This document shows, one piece after another, positions 24,331-38,052 of a stretch of DNA of 64,000 nucleotides (its first letter is position 1; each line of letters opens with the position of its first letter). A program made the translations under genes and the position numbers. The DNA comes from Octopus sinensis (taxonomy: Eukaryota), in assembly GCF_006345805.1 (NCBI RefSeq), contig NC_043017.1, forward strand, positions 11,904,001-11,968,000. The letters are read 5' to 3'. The notes under the pieces were generated by a model. It had not been told where the DNA came from. It was given only the letters and a program-made list of their open reading frames with translations, and searched no databases.

Positions 24331-26065
24331 GATAGTTATTGTCAGCGTTATTTTGTGCGCTCATTCCTTTTTCAGTTTTTGCGTCTTGTGTGTGTTCAAG
24401 TATTTATGGCCAAAATACGATAAACCCAGAGAAAATTCAGAAAAGCCATCAGTCTTATTTAGTCATAGCCAGTGAGTGACTCTTGTTCTGTGTGCTTAAT
24501 TGTATCTTCGTATCATTATTAAGCAGTTATTTAATCAACCAGACAAACCAGCCCGCCTCAGCGAAACACTGGACTGATTGTTGCAGCCTCTGGGGACATT
24601 TGTCAGGGTTTCTTATTCCACTGATTCCATAGTTTTTCTTCTGTGTATATATTATTTATTTATTTATTTATTGGTTCATTGGTTTTATTTCATTATTTTA
24701 TTATTTTATATTTTTATGTTATCATATTATATTATATTATATATTTATGTAATTACTTTCTCATGTATTTTATTTTCAGTTTTATAGATGTTTTTGTTTG
24801 CATATTATTATTATTGTTATTATTTGTTTCTTTGTGTTATTTCTTTGTTTGGTTCATTCTTTTATTTTTGTTTCGCTCTTAGCTGTTTCTTATTATTTAT
24901 TATTATTATTATTATCGTTATCATTTTTTTTTTTTTTTGTATTTTCTTCCGGAAGCTTTGATGTATCAATCAAAGGCTAATTTTCTTCATTGTCATGAAT
25001 AATTTATGCTTGGCCAAAAACCCCTCCGTTCTTTTGCCAAAAGGACTACATTGAGAAAGTAAGATCAAATGACGGAGAAAGAAGAGGAGATTTTTATGAT
25101 TCTATAAATGCGTGTACATGCGTATGTGTGTGTCCCTGCGTATGTGTATGTGTTTATGAACATGAGTGTACATACATGTGGGTGTGTATTTTTATTTTAT
25201 GTGTATATATATATATATATATATATACATATGTATATATCAACACATACAGATATACAAAGATGTGCCTGTGATTGTATATGAGTGGTTATATATATAT
25301 AATATATTTATATGTGTGTAGACATGTGTGTATGTAGAAATATGTATATATGAGTATATAAATATGTATATATGTGTGTGTGTGTGTGAATTTCTTCTTT
25401 CATTTCTTCATCTTCTTTGCCAAAGTTGTTGTTATTATTATATCAGTCAATTTTTTAATTAATTGCATTGTGATAATTTTAAGGCGGAGCCAAACGATGT
25501 CTGAGAATCACGAAAGTTGAACCCCAAACATTTTCTACAACATACTTATGCTGCTTTTCTGATTTCCTCTGGGGGTGATGCCTTTGATTAGCTTCTTTTA
25601 ATGTCTTGCATTCAAAAGCTTAGAGACGATACATTTTCTATAGCTTTTTCTAAAGGAATTGCTTCTTAAATTCTGCACATTTTCTTTGCTATTTATGTGA
25701 GTTTCAGTTGTTGTTCTTGTTGTTGTTGTCATCGTCATTTCTGTTTTTGTTTTGCCTTTGTTTTTGTTTTCATTGCCACCTCATTTTGATTTGTATTTCA
25801 CCGCAAAAACACACCGATCTCCAGCGATGTCCCTCCCCACCCCTGGAACACACCTAGTTTGTTTTTTTTATTCTTGTTTTTTTTTTCTTTCACCCTCTTT
25901 TAACATTTATATTTTATTACTTATTTTTTTTTTTTTTTATTCCAGTTCATATTTTTTTTTCTTTTATTCAATGATAAGGTGATAAGCTTCGGAAAAATTT
26001 TTCTAAGAAAGTAACATTGCGAAATAATCTCAAGAAATAGAATAAAAGAAAATAGCAATAATTTC

Positions 26066-26100
<35 letters not shown>

Positions 26101-26244
26101 CCTTGTTCACCCTTCACATACATCGTAACTTCCTGCCAAAAATGAAAAACAAAAACCCCAAAATAAGAACATATATTTGTGTGTGTGTGTGTATGTGCAT
26201 ATACATATATATGCATAAATGAATATACATGTCTGTATATGTGC

Positions 26245-26276
<32 letters not shown>

Positions 26277-26326
26277 GCAAAAATGTATATGTATGTATAT
26301 ATATATACACAAATATGTATGTGTAC

Positions 26327-26361
<35 letters not shown>

Positions 26362-26977
26362 CGTATGTATATACCTATGTGTGTATATATTTATGTGTGT
26401 ATGTTCATATATTAAGAAGTAAAAGAAAAGTTAAACAAAAAAAAAGCAAAGAAAGAAATACTGTAGCTACTTCAATGTTTAATATATGCATCTGAAGAAT
26501 GGGACATTTGATTGAGGGTGAATAGAGAAACAATAAAGAAGATATATATACACACTTACATACATAAATTTTTTTCATATATGTATGTGTGTATGTATAT
26601 GTAAATATATATGTGTGTGTGTGTATGTATGAGAGCTTAGAAACCTGAAGATTTCATAATCAATTTCTATATGTTTTCTGCCTCTTTTGCGCAATATATT
26701 TTTATGGGGTTTACAGAGAAATATTTTTTCCAGATTAACAGTTTATCAAATAAAAAAGATAAAAAGCAATCTAATATATAAAAGGCTGTAGAAAGACATT
26801 TTCCATTTTTTTCTTCTTTTTTTTTGTAGATATTTCGTTTTCTTTTATCACCATTGTTATTCAATTTGGAAATCAGAATTGATTCCTTCTTAATCTGTAA
26901 TAAAGAATTAAGCAACAGAAGTAAAACAGATTATATATTCATACATACAGAGACCCATACATAGTCACATACATACA

Positions 26978-27011
<34 letters not shown>

Positions 27012-27461
27012 CATACATACATACATACATACATACATACATACTTGATACAGCCAAACATTAATGTGCATACACACACACACACACATATATGTATATT
27101 TGTATCTATCTAACTCTCTGACTCTCTCTCTCTCTTTATCTATATACCTCTATACGTATGTGTGTATATTATGTAAGCATTCTGCCTCAGTTCAATAAAA
27201 AAACTTCATATATATGAAATCTCTCAAAAATCAATTTTATCATCTGTGTATGTGTCGGCATCTATTCATATATATATATATATATATATCTAACTATTTA
27301 TACATAAATATATTTATACCGACATATGTTTATGTGTGAATGTGACTGCAAAATTTTGGCACAAGGCCAGCAATTTTAGGGGAGGAGGTTAGGTCGACTA
27401 CATTATCCCCTGTGCTCAAGTGGTACTTATTCTATTGATCCTGAAAGGATATAAACGAAGT

Positions 27462-27862
27462 CAATCGTTGCCAGAGCAGCTGACTGGCTTCTGTGCCAGT
27501 GGCACATAAAAAGCACCATTCGAGTGTGATCGTTACCAACGTCGTCTTACTGGCACCTTTGCCGGTAGCACGTGAAAAGATATTCGAGCGAGGTCATTGC
27601 CAGTGCCGCTGGACTGACTCCTGTTGGAGGTGGCACATAAAAAACACCATTTGAACATGGCCGTTGCCAGTACCACCTGACTGGCCCTCGTTTCAGTAGC
27701 ATGTAAAAGCACCCACTACACTCTTGGAGTGGTTGGCATTAGGAAACTCTGCCAGATCAGATTGGAGCCTGGTGCAGCCATCTGGCTTGCCAGTCCTCAG
27801 TCAAATCCTCCAACCCATGCTAGCATGGAAAGCAGACATTAAACAATGATGATGATGATGCA
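27462..27862 (+). mobile_element. Family C copy (diverged tandem units and GAT tail)
   Basis: gactggcttctgtgccagtggcacataaaaagcacc units, then ccactacactcttggagtgg..ccatgctagcatgg. Confidence 0.8.
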
Positions 27863-27969
27863 GATATAAGTATATATATGTGTATGTATTCTTCATGTAT
27901 ATATATATACATATCTCTCTCTCTCTCCCTGTCTCTCTCTTTCTCTCTCTCTCTCTACCTCTCTCTCTC

Positions 27970-28054
<85 letters not shown>

Positions 28055-28179
28055 CTAGAGCACTAGATGAACATAAAATAGATATTTGACTGATTTGCTG
28101 ACAGATGCACAAGAGCAGAACTGTGGGCAGTTCGCTTGACGTTAGCACTTTAACTATTTTTGTGTCCAGCTTTCTTCAC

Positions 28180-29259
28180 CTCCGGTTAATGATGATGATG
28201 ATGCTGACGATGATGACAATGATGATGCTGACGATGATGACGATGATGATAATGATGATAATAACAGTGACTGTGATTGTGGTGATGTATGACAGTAGTG
28301 GAAATGGTGGGTTTTGATGATAAAGATGATGCTAATCCAGGTGATGATACTGATGATAATGATGATGATATCAGTGATGGGGAAGATGAAGAGGATGATG
28401 AAGATGATGGTGACAGTTACGATGATGATTGAATAGTAGTGTTGCTGATGACGTTGATAGTGATGATAATGATGATTATGATGGTGATGACAGAGATGAT
28501 GATGATGATGGGGTCAGTTATGTGTTTTCTTGGTTGTGTCTGCTTTTGATTTCACTTGTTCAAATTATGTTGATGGTGGTGGTGGTGGTGGTGGCGGTGG
28601 TGGGGAATAGTTGTTGCGATGATGGTGACAGTGGTGGTAGTGGTGGCTTTGATAGTATTGTGGTGGTGATAGATTAGTTGTTGTTATTGTTGTTGTTGTA
28701 TTGGTGTGGGTGGTGGTGGTGTGGTTGTGGCAGTAACAGTTGTTGTGTTGTTGAGATTTAAAGAATGACTGAAAGGATAAAATGAAAGCCTGAAAATAGA
28801 AGGAAAAATCATAAATAGAAACTAAAAATAGGAAAAAGAAAATGGCAAACGGGATTGACACTGGGAATAACAACAACAACAACGACGATGATGATGATGA
28901 TGATAGTAACTGTGGTGATGATGAATAAATAAATAAAAAAGGTAAATACGTGGAAATAAACAGATTTAAGAAAAATACAAAAAGAAAGAAAGAAAGAAAG
29001 AAAGGAGCAATGGAAGAGAAGCATTAGCGAACATGCTAGTGGGAAGGAAAACAGCAACAGCAACAACAACAACAGTGATGCTGGCTGAAGGTGAAGAATG
29101 TGATGGTTATACTGATGATGATGATGATGATGATGATGGTTGTGAGAATACGTTTATGTTAGTGATGGCAGATATTTGGTAATGATGACAGTGAAGGCTA
29201 TGGGGATAGCGAGAGCTAGGATGATCATGTTTTTATGATGACGATGATGGTGTTGGTGG

Positions 29260-29298
<39 letters not shown>

Positions 29299-29455
29299 GG
29301 AGGAGGAGGAGGAGGAGGAGGAGGAGGAAGAAGAGGGTGGTTATGATGATGTTGGCACTAGCCAAAAAGACTATGGTAAAGATGTTGGTGTCTATGATGA
29401 TGCCAACAGTGATAGATGATGGGGATGAAGATGTTGATGGTGAGGATGTCAATGG

Positions 29456-29491
<36 letters not shown>

Positions 29492-30870
29492 CGATGACAA
29501 GAACAGAAAATACAATAGTCTGTTACAATCATGTCTTTGTTTAAGGTCTTTGAAGACACAATCTGGAGATTTTGCAGGAGATTTTGACTGCTGTTTCTAG
29601 CATGATGAATAATAATGCACAAGAGCCCTTCATTGGCTTATTGTTGTTTTCCAGTCCTAGGTTAATTCTGACTAACTGCTCCATGATGAAAGGCAATCTT
29701 ACCATGACCATCCTGTATGTTTTTCAGATAGTGTATTCCATATTACATTATCCAAAATGTCCTCCATATTAGTGGTGGTGGTGGTGGTAGACAAGGTACA
29801 TTAGTTTTTTTTTATGGTTGTTATGAACAGTTTGAATTACAATCTTTCAGCTGAAAACGAGAGAGTTTTGAAAGAGAAATTAAATTGAAAAGAGAGAAAA
29901 TCTAAAACAAACGACCATTTCTAATTGTTATCTTCATCACCATCCCCACCCCCTCCCTGACAATGGACCACCACCTCAAGGTGGACAGGTGACTTGCTGG
30001 AAATCTGCCTCAAATTAAACCAAATTGTATGCATGTATTCCTACATTCCTTGAAAGAGATGGAATAGTCGTGGCTGGAATGTCTTTAATCATGGGTCTAG
30101 TTAATCAAGGTTGATCTGATACTAAACAATAATAACAAATTATCATCACTACCACCACCACAACCACCACCACCACCACCACCATCACAACCACCACCAC
30201 CACCACCCTCTCTGTTTCCTCATCATCATCATCATCATCATCATCACCAATATAACAGAACCCATCACCACTACATACCCCACCTCATCACCACCAGCAT
30301 CACTAGCTTTAACAACATAATCAACAACAACAACAACCACAACATCACCAGTAATGACACACACACCCATCACAAATCTCAAGACACCACCACCACACCC
30401 CTCAACAACAACAACGACACCAACAAAACAACCACCAATACCAGCAATGTCTCACCAATTCTACCATTAATAACTCCACCACCACCACCACCACCACCAA
30501 CAACAACAACAATACAGCAGCAGCAGCAACAACAACACACCAAAACAACCATTGCAATAATCAACAAAACATCACCACTGATGCCCTCACCACTCTACCA
30601 CTAGCACCACAACCAATACAACAACACTACCACCACCACTGCCACCACTGCCACCCCTACTGCGCCCATCTGCACCAACACCAACACCACTACAACATCT
30701 GCAATAACAAACATCACCTCTAATAGCCCCACCACTCCATAACCAATATTGTGCCATCACCACTACCACCACCACCACTACCACCATAACTATAATAACC
30801 ATCACACCACCACTACCACCACTACCAACAACAACAACAACACCAACAACCAACTTATAGATCAACCAAT
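28180..30870. repeat. Mosaic trinucleotide low-complexity region (GAT/GGT/GTT-rich, flipping to CAC/CAA-rich near 30140), interrupted by unique and repeat islands
   Basis: Direct reading. Confidence 0.85.
29560..29760 (+). mobile_element. Unclassified short dispersed repeat (family E/F)
   Basis: Modules gattt(g/a)gctgctatttctagc and gtttagcccc..ctatgatcaaagg..catgaccatcc recur near 470, 3800, 8560, 10140, 17600, 30060, 32410, 32620, 33390, 40690, 51150, 52760, 59340 and 63560-63840. Confidence 0.65.
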
Positions 30871-30904
30871 CAAAAGCAAAAAGATAGACTCAAGTTACTT
30901 GGTT

Positions 30905-31048
30905 TTAGATGAGAAAAAGAAGGAGGAGGAGGAGGAGGAGATGAAGAAGAAGAAGAAGAAGAAGAGAAGAAAGTAGAAAAGGATGAGAGATAGATGAGAA
31001 GAAGATGAGATGATGATGATGATGAAGAAAAAGAAGCAGAAGAAAGAA

Positions 31049-31084
<36 letters not shown>

Positions 31085-31655
31085 AGAAAAGAAGAAGAAA
31101 AAGAAGAAGAAGATAGAAGAGAGAAAGAAGGAAGAAAGAAGAAGAAGAAGAAATTAAGAAGAAAAGAAGTATATAAGATAGAAGAAAGAGATAGAATGAA
31201 GAAGAACAAAAAAGAAGAAGAAGAAGAAGAAGAATAAGAATGAAGAAGAAGCAGAAGAATGAAAGTAGTAGAAGAGAAGAAGGAAGAAGAAGAAGAAGAG
31301 AGAAGAAGAAGAGAAGAAAGACGAGAAGAAAAGAAAAGAAGAAAGAAAAAGAAAGAAAGAAAAGAAGAAAGAAAAAAGAAGAGAAGAAGAATGAGAAGAG
31401 AAGAAGAAGAAGAAGAAGAGAAGAAGAAGAAGAAGAAGAAAAAAAGAAGAAGAAGAAGAAGAAGAAGAGAAAGAAGAGAAGAAGAAGAAGAAGACAAGAA
31501 GAAGAAGAAGAAGAAGAAAACGAGAAGAAAGAAGAAGAAGAAAAGAGAAGAAGATGAGAAGAAGAAGAAAAAAAAGGAAGAAGAAGAAGCAGAAGAAGAA
31601 GAAGAAGAAGAAGAAGAAGAAGAAGAAAAAGAAGAAGAAGAAGAAGAAGAAGTGG
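30905..31655. repeat. About 750 bp (GAA)/(GA)-rich polypurine tract
   Basis: Direct reading; source of the poly-E/K/R and poly-F/S/L ORFs. Confidence 0.95.
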
Positions 31656-31919
31656 GGGTGGTGAAAGGATCTGCATCTTGTGTTTTAAAGCTGCTTTTCT
31701 CCACTTGAGTAATAATGCAGGTATGAGCCATACTGCCATGCCATTCTGAACTGGCATGGCCAGACTTTCTGGAAGCTTCCCAACTGGGATTGTTCGCTGG
31801 CTGCTTTCATGCTTCACTGAACACACCTAACTCTCAAACCATCTGTGCACTGGTTGGTTACCATGACTACCAAACACCACTGTCTTTCCAGGCTTAAGCT
31901 TGCAACTGAATCCTCTTTC

Positions 31920-32247
31920 GACACCAGCACCACCAGCACCACCACCACCACCACCACCACCTTCACCATCACTATCATCATCATCATCATCCTCATCATC
32001 GTCATCGTCATCATGACCATCAGCTTTATTCTCATGTTTACCAATATCAACCTTTGCATCTGCAACATTATGGTTGCTGTTGCTGTTGCTAGTGTTCCAA
32101 TTACTACTACTACTACTACTACTACTACTGCTACTACTGCTACTACTGCTGCTGCTGCTATCTTGACCACCACCACCATCAGCCCCACAACCACCAGTAC
32201 CCCCAACTTAGCTGCTGTGACTACTATTACTACTGCTGCTACTGCTG

Positions 32248-32299
<52 letters not shown>

Positions 32300-32300
32300 C
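31920..32300. repeat. (CAC)/(CAT)/(ACT)n compound microsatellite
   Basis: Direct reading. Confidence 0.9.
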
Positions 32301-33287
32301 AAGACCATCTCTGCTGTCCAATAGGATCACTAAAACATCTCCTACCATCAAAATAGCTTTGACCATCACAGCTGCTATTACCATTATTTTCGCCAACAGA
32401 ATCACAATGAGCAAAACCCCTATGTGGTTCTTTAACCTGCTTGAAATCACAGCCAGATCCCTCCCTATCAAATCACACTCCAACATCTTAAAACATGAAG
32501 GAACCACTTTAAATAATGTAGTCCTAGATACACTTCTCCTCATCAGCAATACTCCATCACCACCACAACTGCTTTCACCACCATCTTCATTTGCAGAACC
32601 AAAAGGAGAGAAACCTCTGTATGGTCGTTTGATTTGCTTGAAATAACAGCCAGCTCTCTTTTAAATCCCACACCACAAACTTAAAAACACGAAGGATACT
32701 CATTAAATGATATAGTTCTAGATACACTCTACTTTGCCAAATATAATTCACTAGGATGTGATGGTCATGCCAGGATTCCTTTGATCATAAATCCACTCAA
32801 ACAGTATTGTTGACCAGGTGCTAAACAACAGGAACAACAACCCCAAAATGGCCAAAATGGATGTCCGAAGATGTACAATGTATTTCTGGAGCAGTTATTT
32901 TAAACCGACATTGGTAAACTTATCCCTTGTAGGGTAAAAAAAATATTGCATGACAGGTGGCAAATAGATCATTCCGGTAAACTAATTCTGTAATTCTGTT
33001 GTCCTGTCTTTTTTTTATTTGCTGCACCACTAATGGTGGCTATGCTTTATATTTTTACATATGGGTGGGATGATGAAATATATCAAAGTAATGGAGTAAA
33101 TGAGAGAAAAAGATTTGCAAATCATTTTGCTATGCTGTCCATCTTGTCCACTTCAACTTCAGTTGTCATCCAAACCCCTGGACATTTGAGTAGCTACACA
33201 CCTCCACCTTTACCTCTGGGCATATCAATATCAACAAAGACAGGACTAGAAACAAGATTGGTGGATGTCCTGATTGCCAGACCAGCA

Positions 33288-33320
33288 CCCTAACCCTAAC
33301 CCTATCCCTAACCCTAACCC
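33288..33320. repeat. Short interstitial telomere-like (CCCTAA)5 array
   Basis: ccctaa ccctaa ccctat ccctaa ccctaa ccc. Confidence 0.8.
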
Positions 33321-33632
33321 ATACATGACCATACGCTATAAACAAAGCACTGTCAAGTGAATGAGGTAATGAAGAAGAAACTTCTATGGGATTACTTGAT
33401 TTGCTAGAAATAACAGCCAAATCTGTTTTAAAGATATAATAAAAATAAAGAACCCAGTGATTTACATTGTCTTGGATGCAATTACGTCTAAGGAATAAAT
33501 GAGATGATCTTTTCAAGCATGTCTTGAATTATGTGTCTAACGAGTCAGGACTAACGTGAGGCTAAACAATGACAGATAAATACACTTCGTACAACTGCAT
33601 ATATTCTCTATTATAGTCACCCAAGACACCCA

Positions 33633-33681
<49 letters not shown>

Positions 33682-35936
33682 ATATCGTCTTCAACATCAC
33701 CATCATTATTTTCACTTAATATTTACTTTTCTATGTTTGTAAGGGTCAGACACAATTTCTGGTGGCAGGTTTTCTAGAGCTGGTGGCCCTTTCTTTCCAC
33801 AACCCCCACTTGTCTCCCCATGGCCAGGCATGTTTTTCATTGAAGACTGAAAATAAACTACACCACTTGTATAACAGTGATGCTCATTTACTATCATCAC
33901 ATGATATCTAGGCCAGGCACACACTCACACACACACGTACATGCAAGCACACACACGCGCACAATACAGGCTTCTTTCAGTTTCCATCTGCCAAATCCAT
34001 TCCCAAGGCTTTGTTCAGCCCAGGGCTATAACAGAAAACACTTGCTCAAAGTGCTGTGCAGTGGAACTGAACCCAAGGCCTGATGGTTGGGAAGCAAGCA
34101 CCTTATGTTTGAGAGAGAGAGAGAGTTTCTTCTAATGCTAATGGCTCCAACCCCCACCATCACTAAAACTTCTGTAAATAGCAACAATAGCAACAACTAA
34201 AATATTTTCTTGACGGTACCATCACTACCACAGCTACTACTACAACCACCACCCTCATCACTATCCTTACCACCACCACCACCACCACCACTACTACTAG
34301 CATTAATAATGATACCACTATGACTGCCGCCACCACCACCACCACCACCATCATCATCACCACCGTTAGGATTAATACCATCACCATCACCATCACCTCT
34401 CCATCCCTGCCATGACAGATAAAACATTCACAAACAACAGAAATAATTGGAACCACAGAATAAATAAACAAAAGCACAGGAAATAAAACAAACAACATGA
34501 ACAACAACAACAATAACAAATGCAATAACAGCAATGTTAACTAATGCAATAAAGCACTAAAAAAAATGTAACTTGAAAACAAACAAACAAACAAAATAAC
34601 AGTAAAAACAATATAAAATAGATTTAAATAAACAATGCCAACAACTTCAACAAAAAACAACAACAAAAACAGGGGGAAAAAAAAACCTTCTTCCAAATCC
34701 ACATCTTCAGGCTTTTTACTTGTAAAAAAAACTTTTCGTGGAAGATTTTTACCAAAGGAGAAACAAAGAAAGCTTAAAATTAATAATAATAATAATAATA
34801 ATAATAATGACGATGATGATGATGATGATGATAGCAATTAGAAGAAAATAATAAACAACTACAAAATAAATAGCTGACATGTGCAGCTAATATGGTGAAT
34901 TGCTGCAGTAATTGCAGCTCAATTAAGTTGATTGCAGCCAGTGTGCACAACTGCCAAGAGAAAGATGTAGCTGCTGTCAAAAATTATCACTAAATTATCA
35001 ATCATAATTTTATTCTTATATGTAAATACATACAACAAATACATACTCACACATGTATATATATATGTGTATATATATGTCCATGCATACACAATACATA
35101 TGTATATATATGTGTGTGTGTGTTAGAATGTACAAATGTACAGATGAGAGGTATTAAGTACGTGTAGTTGTTTGTTTCATTCATTTGAAGCCAAGCCAGA
35201 AAAGGCTCTTCATTGTTACTCTGAGTTTCCCCATTTCTGTTCTTCAGCGTGACTCTGAGTTTGGAGAATTTAGACTGGCTGTGGAATGAGGACTTTACTT
35301 TCGATCAATGAACATACACATACGTATAGACTAGCAAACACTTTCACACACACACACACACATGTAATTGCATATATTGGTTTGTGGGTTTGTGTGTGTA
35401 TATGTGTCTGTGTATTGGGTATCTAGCCTTAGAAATCCTGTAGACATTGTCTTTTTGAAAGTGACAGACAAGGGAAGTAACTGCTATAAATCCAGATGAC
35501 TGAAATTTCTGGACAACATAGACAAAGTAGATTGGAGTGGATCTGGTCTTTATTTATTGTTGTATTAGAACAGTTAAGGAATAGTATCATCATCATTATT
35601 CTATGTCCATGTTCCGTGCTGGCATGGGTTGGATGGTTTGATAGGATCCGATGAGTGCTAAGGTTGCATCATGCTTCAATGTCTGTTTTGGCATGGTTTT
35701 TATAGCTTCCCAATGCCTACCTCTATACAGTGTGTATTTGGTACATTTTTCATTCCAAGAATACTAGTGAGGCTTGCAAGACTATGAAACCAGATATAGA
35801 TTGGTGAGACTACTTTATGCTAGGATGTATATATGTATATATATATATATGTATATATACATACATACACTCCTACATACATATATATATATATATTATA
35901 TATTATGTATGTAGGAGTGTATGTATGTATATATAC

Positions 35937-36033
<97 letters not shown>

Positions 36034-36046
36034 GTATGTATATAAA

Positions 36047-36258
36047 GTTAATCCAAACAAGAAAGTACAAAAAAACACAACAACGTGAGGACGTGGAACA
36101 AATATAGTATTATTGGACGCTCAGGAAAGAAGGAAAGAAGAAGGGTTTAACGTCTTGAGCAGAGCTCTTTGTCGGAAACATAGGAAAAGGAAAGATCCAG
36201 AGAGGGGAAGACAGAGGAAAAAAAATTGCCAACGGTACACACGTGGTCACATTTTGAA
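36047..36258 (-). mobile_element. Short (TA)n-embedded element with degenerate hammerhead-like motif
   Basis: Related to 20451-20635; flanked by (TA)/(CA)n; class assignment is inference. Confidence 0.45.
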
Positions 36259-36262
36259 TATA

Positions 36263-36302
<40 letters not shown>

Positions 36303-37146
36303 CATATAACTTCAGTTGTTTCTTAAATATAAAGGGATGATTATGAACATGCTTCACCTGTATTTCTGCCACCTCGGTACCTGTTTACAGCCACGTGGGC
36401 AGCTGTCAATGCTGGTAACAGGATACAAAGCTGTTGAACCATTTTTCTGTTGCTCTTGTCTTGTAAACATTGACATTCTGGTGATACTCTGTCAGCTGTC
36501 ACTGTCTGCTTCTATGAGTGTCTGTGTATGCATGCGTCAGTAGATATACTGACACATGTGCATATGTGTTTGTGTGTATACGTGTGTATATATATATATA
36601 TATATATATGCTTGCTTGTGAAGATTTAGGTGTATATGTTTATATATTATGTCAACTGTGACAGTTGGCACATTTCAAAATATGTCTTCTTGTATTCCAT
36701 ATTAGAAAAAATATGAATGTAAGGAAGGAGAAACAGCTTTCGACCCGTCAAGGCTTAGCTGAGTTTAAATGATGGTTTGGAGGGAAATGCCAAGAGCATG
36801 TCACAAACAGATCCAAAGGACCTGTCTTTGGTGATATGACAGTGTTAATAATAATTTAATGATGCATACGGACATGCTTGTGTGTGTGTACGCCTACCAG
36901 CCTGCCTGTTGTATGTGTATGTAAGTTATATGAAGATACAGAAACACACACTGTGCACACGCCCCCAAAATGCAAGCTCTCACCCAACCGTTCTTCAGTC
37001 TACAGATGTATGCTTTAAAAAAGGTAATAATTTTTATCATAGTTACAATGCTACTGAGCAAGGAATGAGCAAATATATTTGGCTCTACTTGTGAAGAGCA
37101 GTCTTAAACATATCTTGGAGAACTCACCCCTCTAAGAAATAGCAGT

Positions 37147-37385
37147 ATTTCTTATATCTTTATTGCCCACAAGGGGCTAAACATAGAGGGAACAAACAAG
37201 GACAGACATAGGTATTAAGTCGAATACATCGATCCCTGTGTGTAACTGGTACTTAATTTATCGACCCCGAAAGGATGAAAAGCAAAAGTCGACCTCGGCG
37301 GAATTTGAACTCAGAACGTAAAGGCAGACGAAATACCGCTAGGCATTTCGCCCGGCATGCTAACGTTTCTGCCAGCTCGCTGCCT
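37147..37385 (-). mobile_element. SINE family B, full length
   Basis: Reverse complement of the 24105 copy. Confidence 0.85.
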
Positions 37386-37403
37386 TCGTATTTCCGTCTG
37401 TTT

Positions 37404-37650
37404 ATAAGGGAAAGGTACTTGCACTTTGTGGGACATTGCCAGCGAGCTAAACAAGAGCTGGTAAGTGGCCTACTGCTGTGGATGCCAAAGTATGGCCATA
37501 CCGGAGCAGGTTGTCCAAACCCAACATGTGTAGATCAACTGACTAGTTACCTCCTCAAAGACCTCTCTCAACTCATGTGAGACCAAGATGGGTGGTATGT
37601 GCAGGTTAACATCCAAGAAAGCTCAACCTCATAGTGATGATGATGGTGAT
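37404..37650 (+). mobile_element. RTE-like LINE 3' remnant (ORF2 C-terminus)
   Basis: RERYLHFVGHCQRAKQELVSGLLLWMPKYGHTGAGCPNPTCVDQL resembles the RTE-type R.RRLRFAGHC.R...LLW.P.HG...GRP..TY.DQL tail; short (GAT)n follows. Confidence 0.7.
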
Positions 37651-38017
37651 GTATTTTATAGAACCTGGGAGAATAAAAGCAAGATATTGCAGCTTGGATT
37701 AGAACTCAGAATGCAAAGCTATGGTGTTCTATCAATACTGATTCCCAATACCTTTAATAATAATATTGATTCAAATTTTGAAACAAGGTTACTTGGGTTA
37801 GAGGAAGCAGGGGTTAGTTGATAACATTGCTCAAGTGATGTGTATTCTATCAACCCTGAAAAGCCAAGCTCAGTGGAATTTGAAGTCAGAACATAAAATA
37901 CCAGAGGAAATGCCATAAAGCATTTTATCTGATGTTCCAATGATTCACCCAACTTTGCTGCTTTGGTTTCAAATTCTGTCTGAAAATTGAGAGGAATCTA
38001 TAACAAGGCAAGTTTGT

Positions 38018-38052
<35 letters not shown>

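Noticed and set aside
30870-31826. Longest ORFs (318, 278 aa) and most other ORF-track entries
   Set aside because: They are translations of microsatellites, which lack stop codons in several frames; no domain content
33288-33320. Telomere or fusion scar
   Set aside because: Only five units, one imperfect; too short to infer a chromosome-end event
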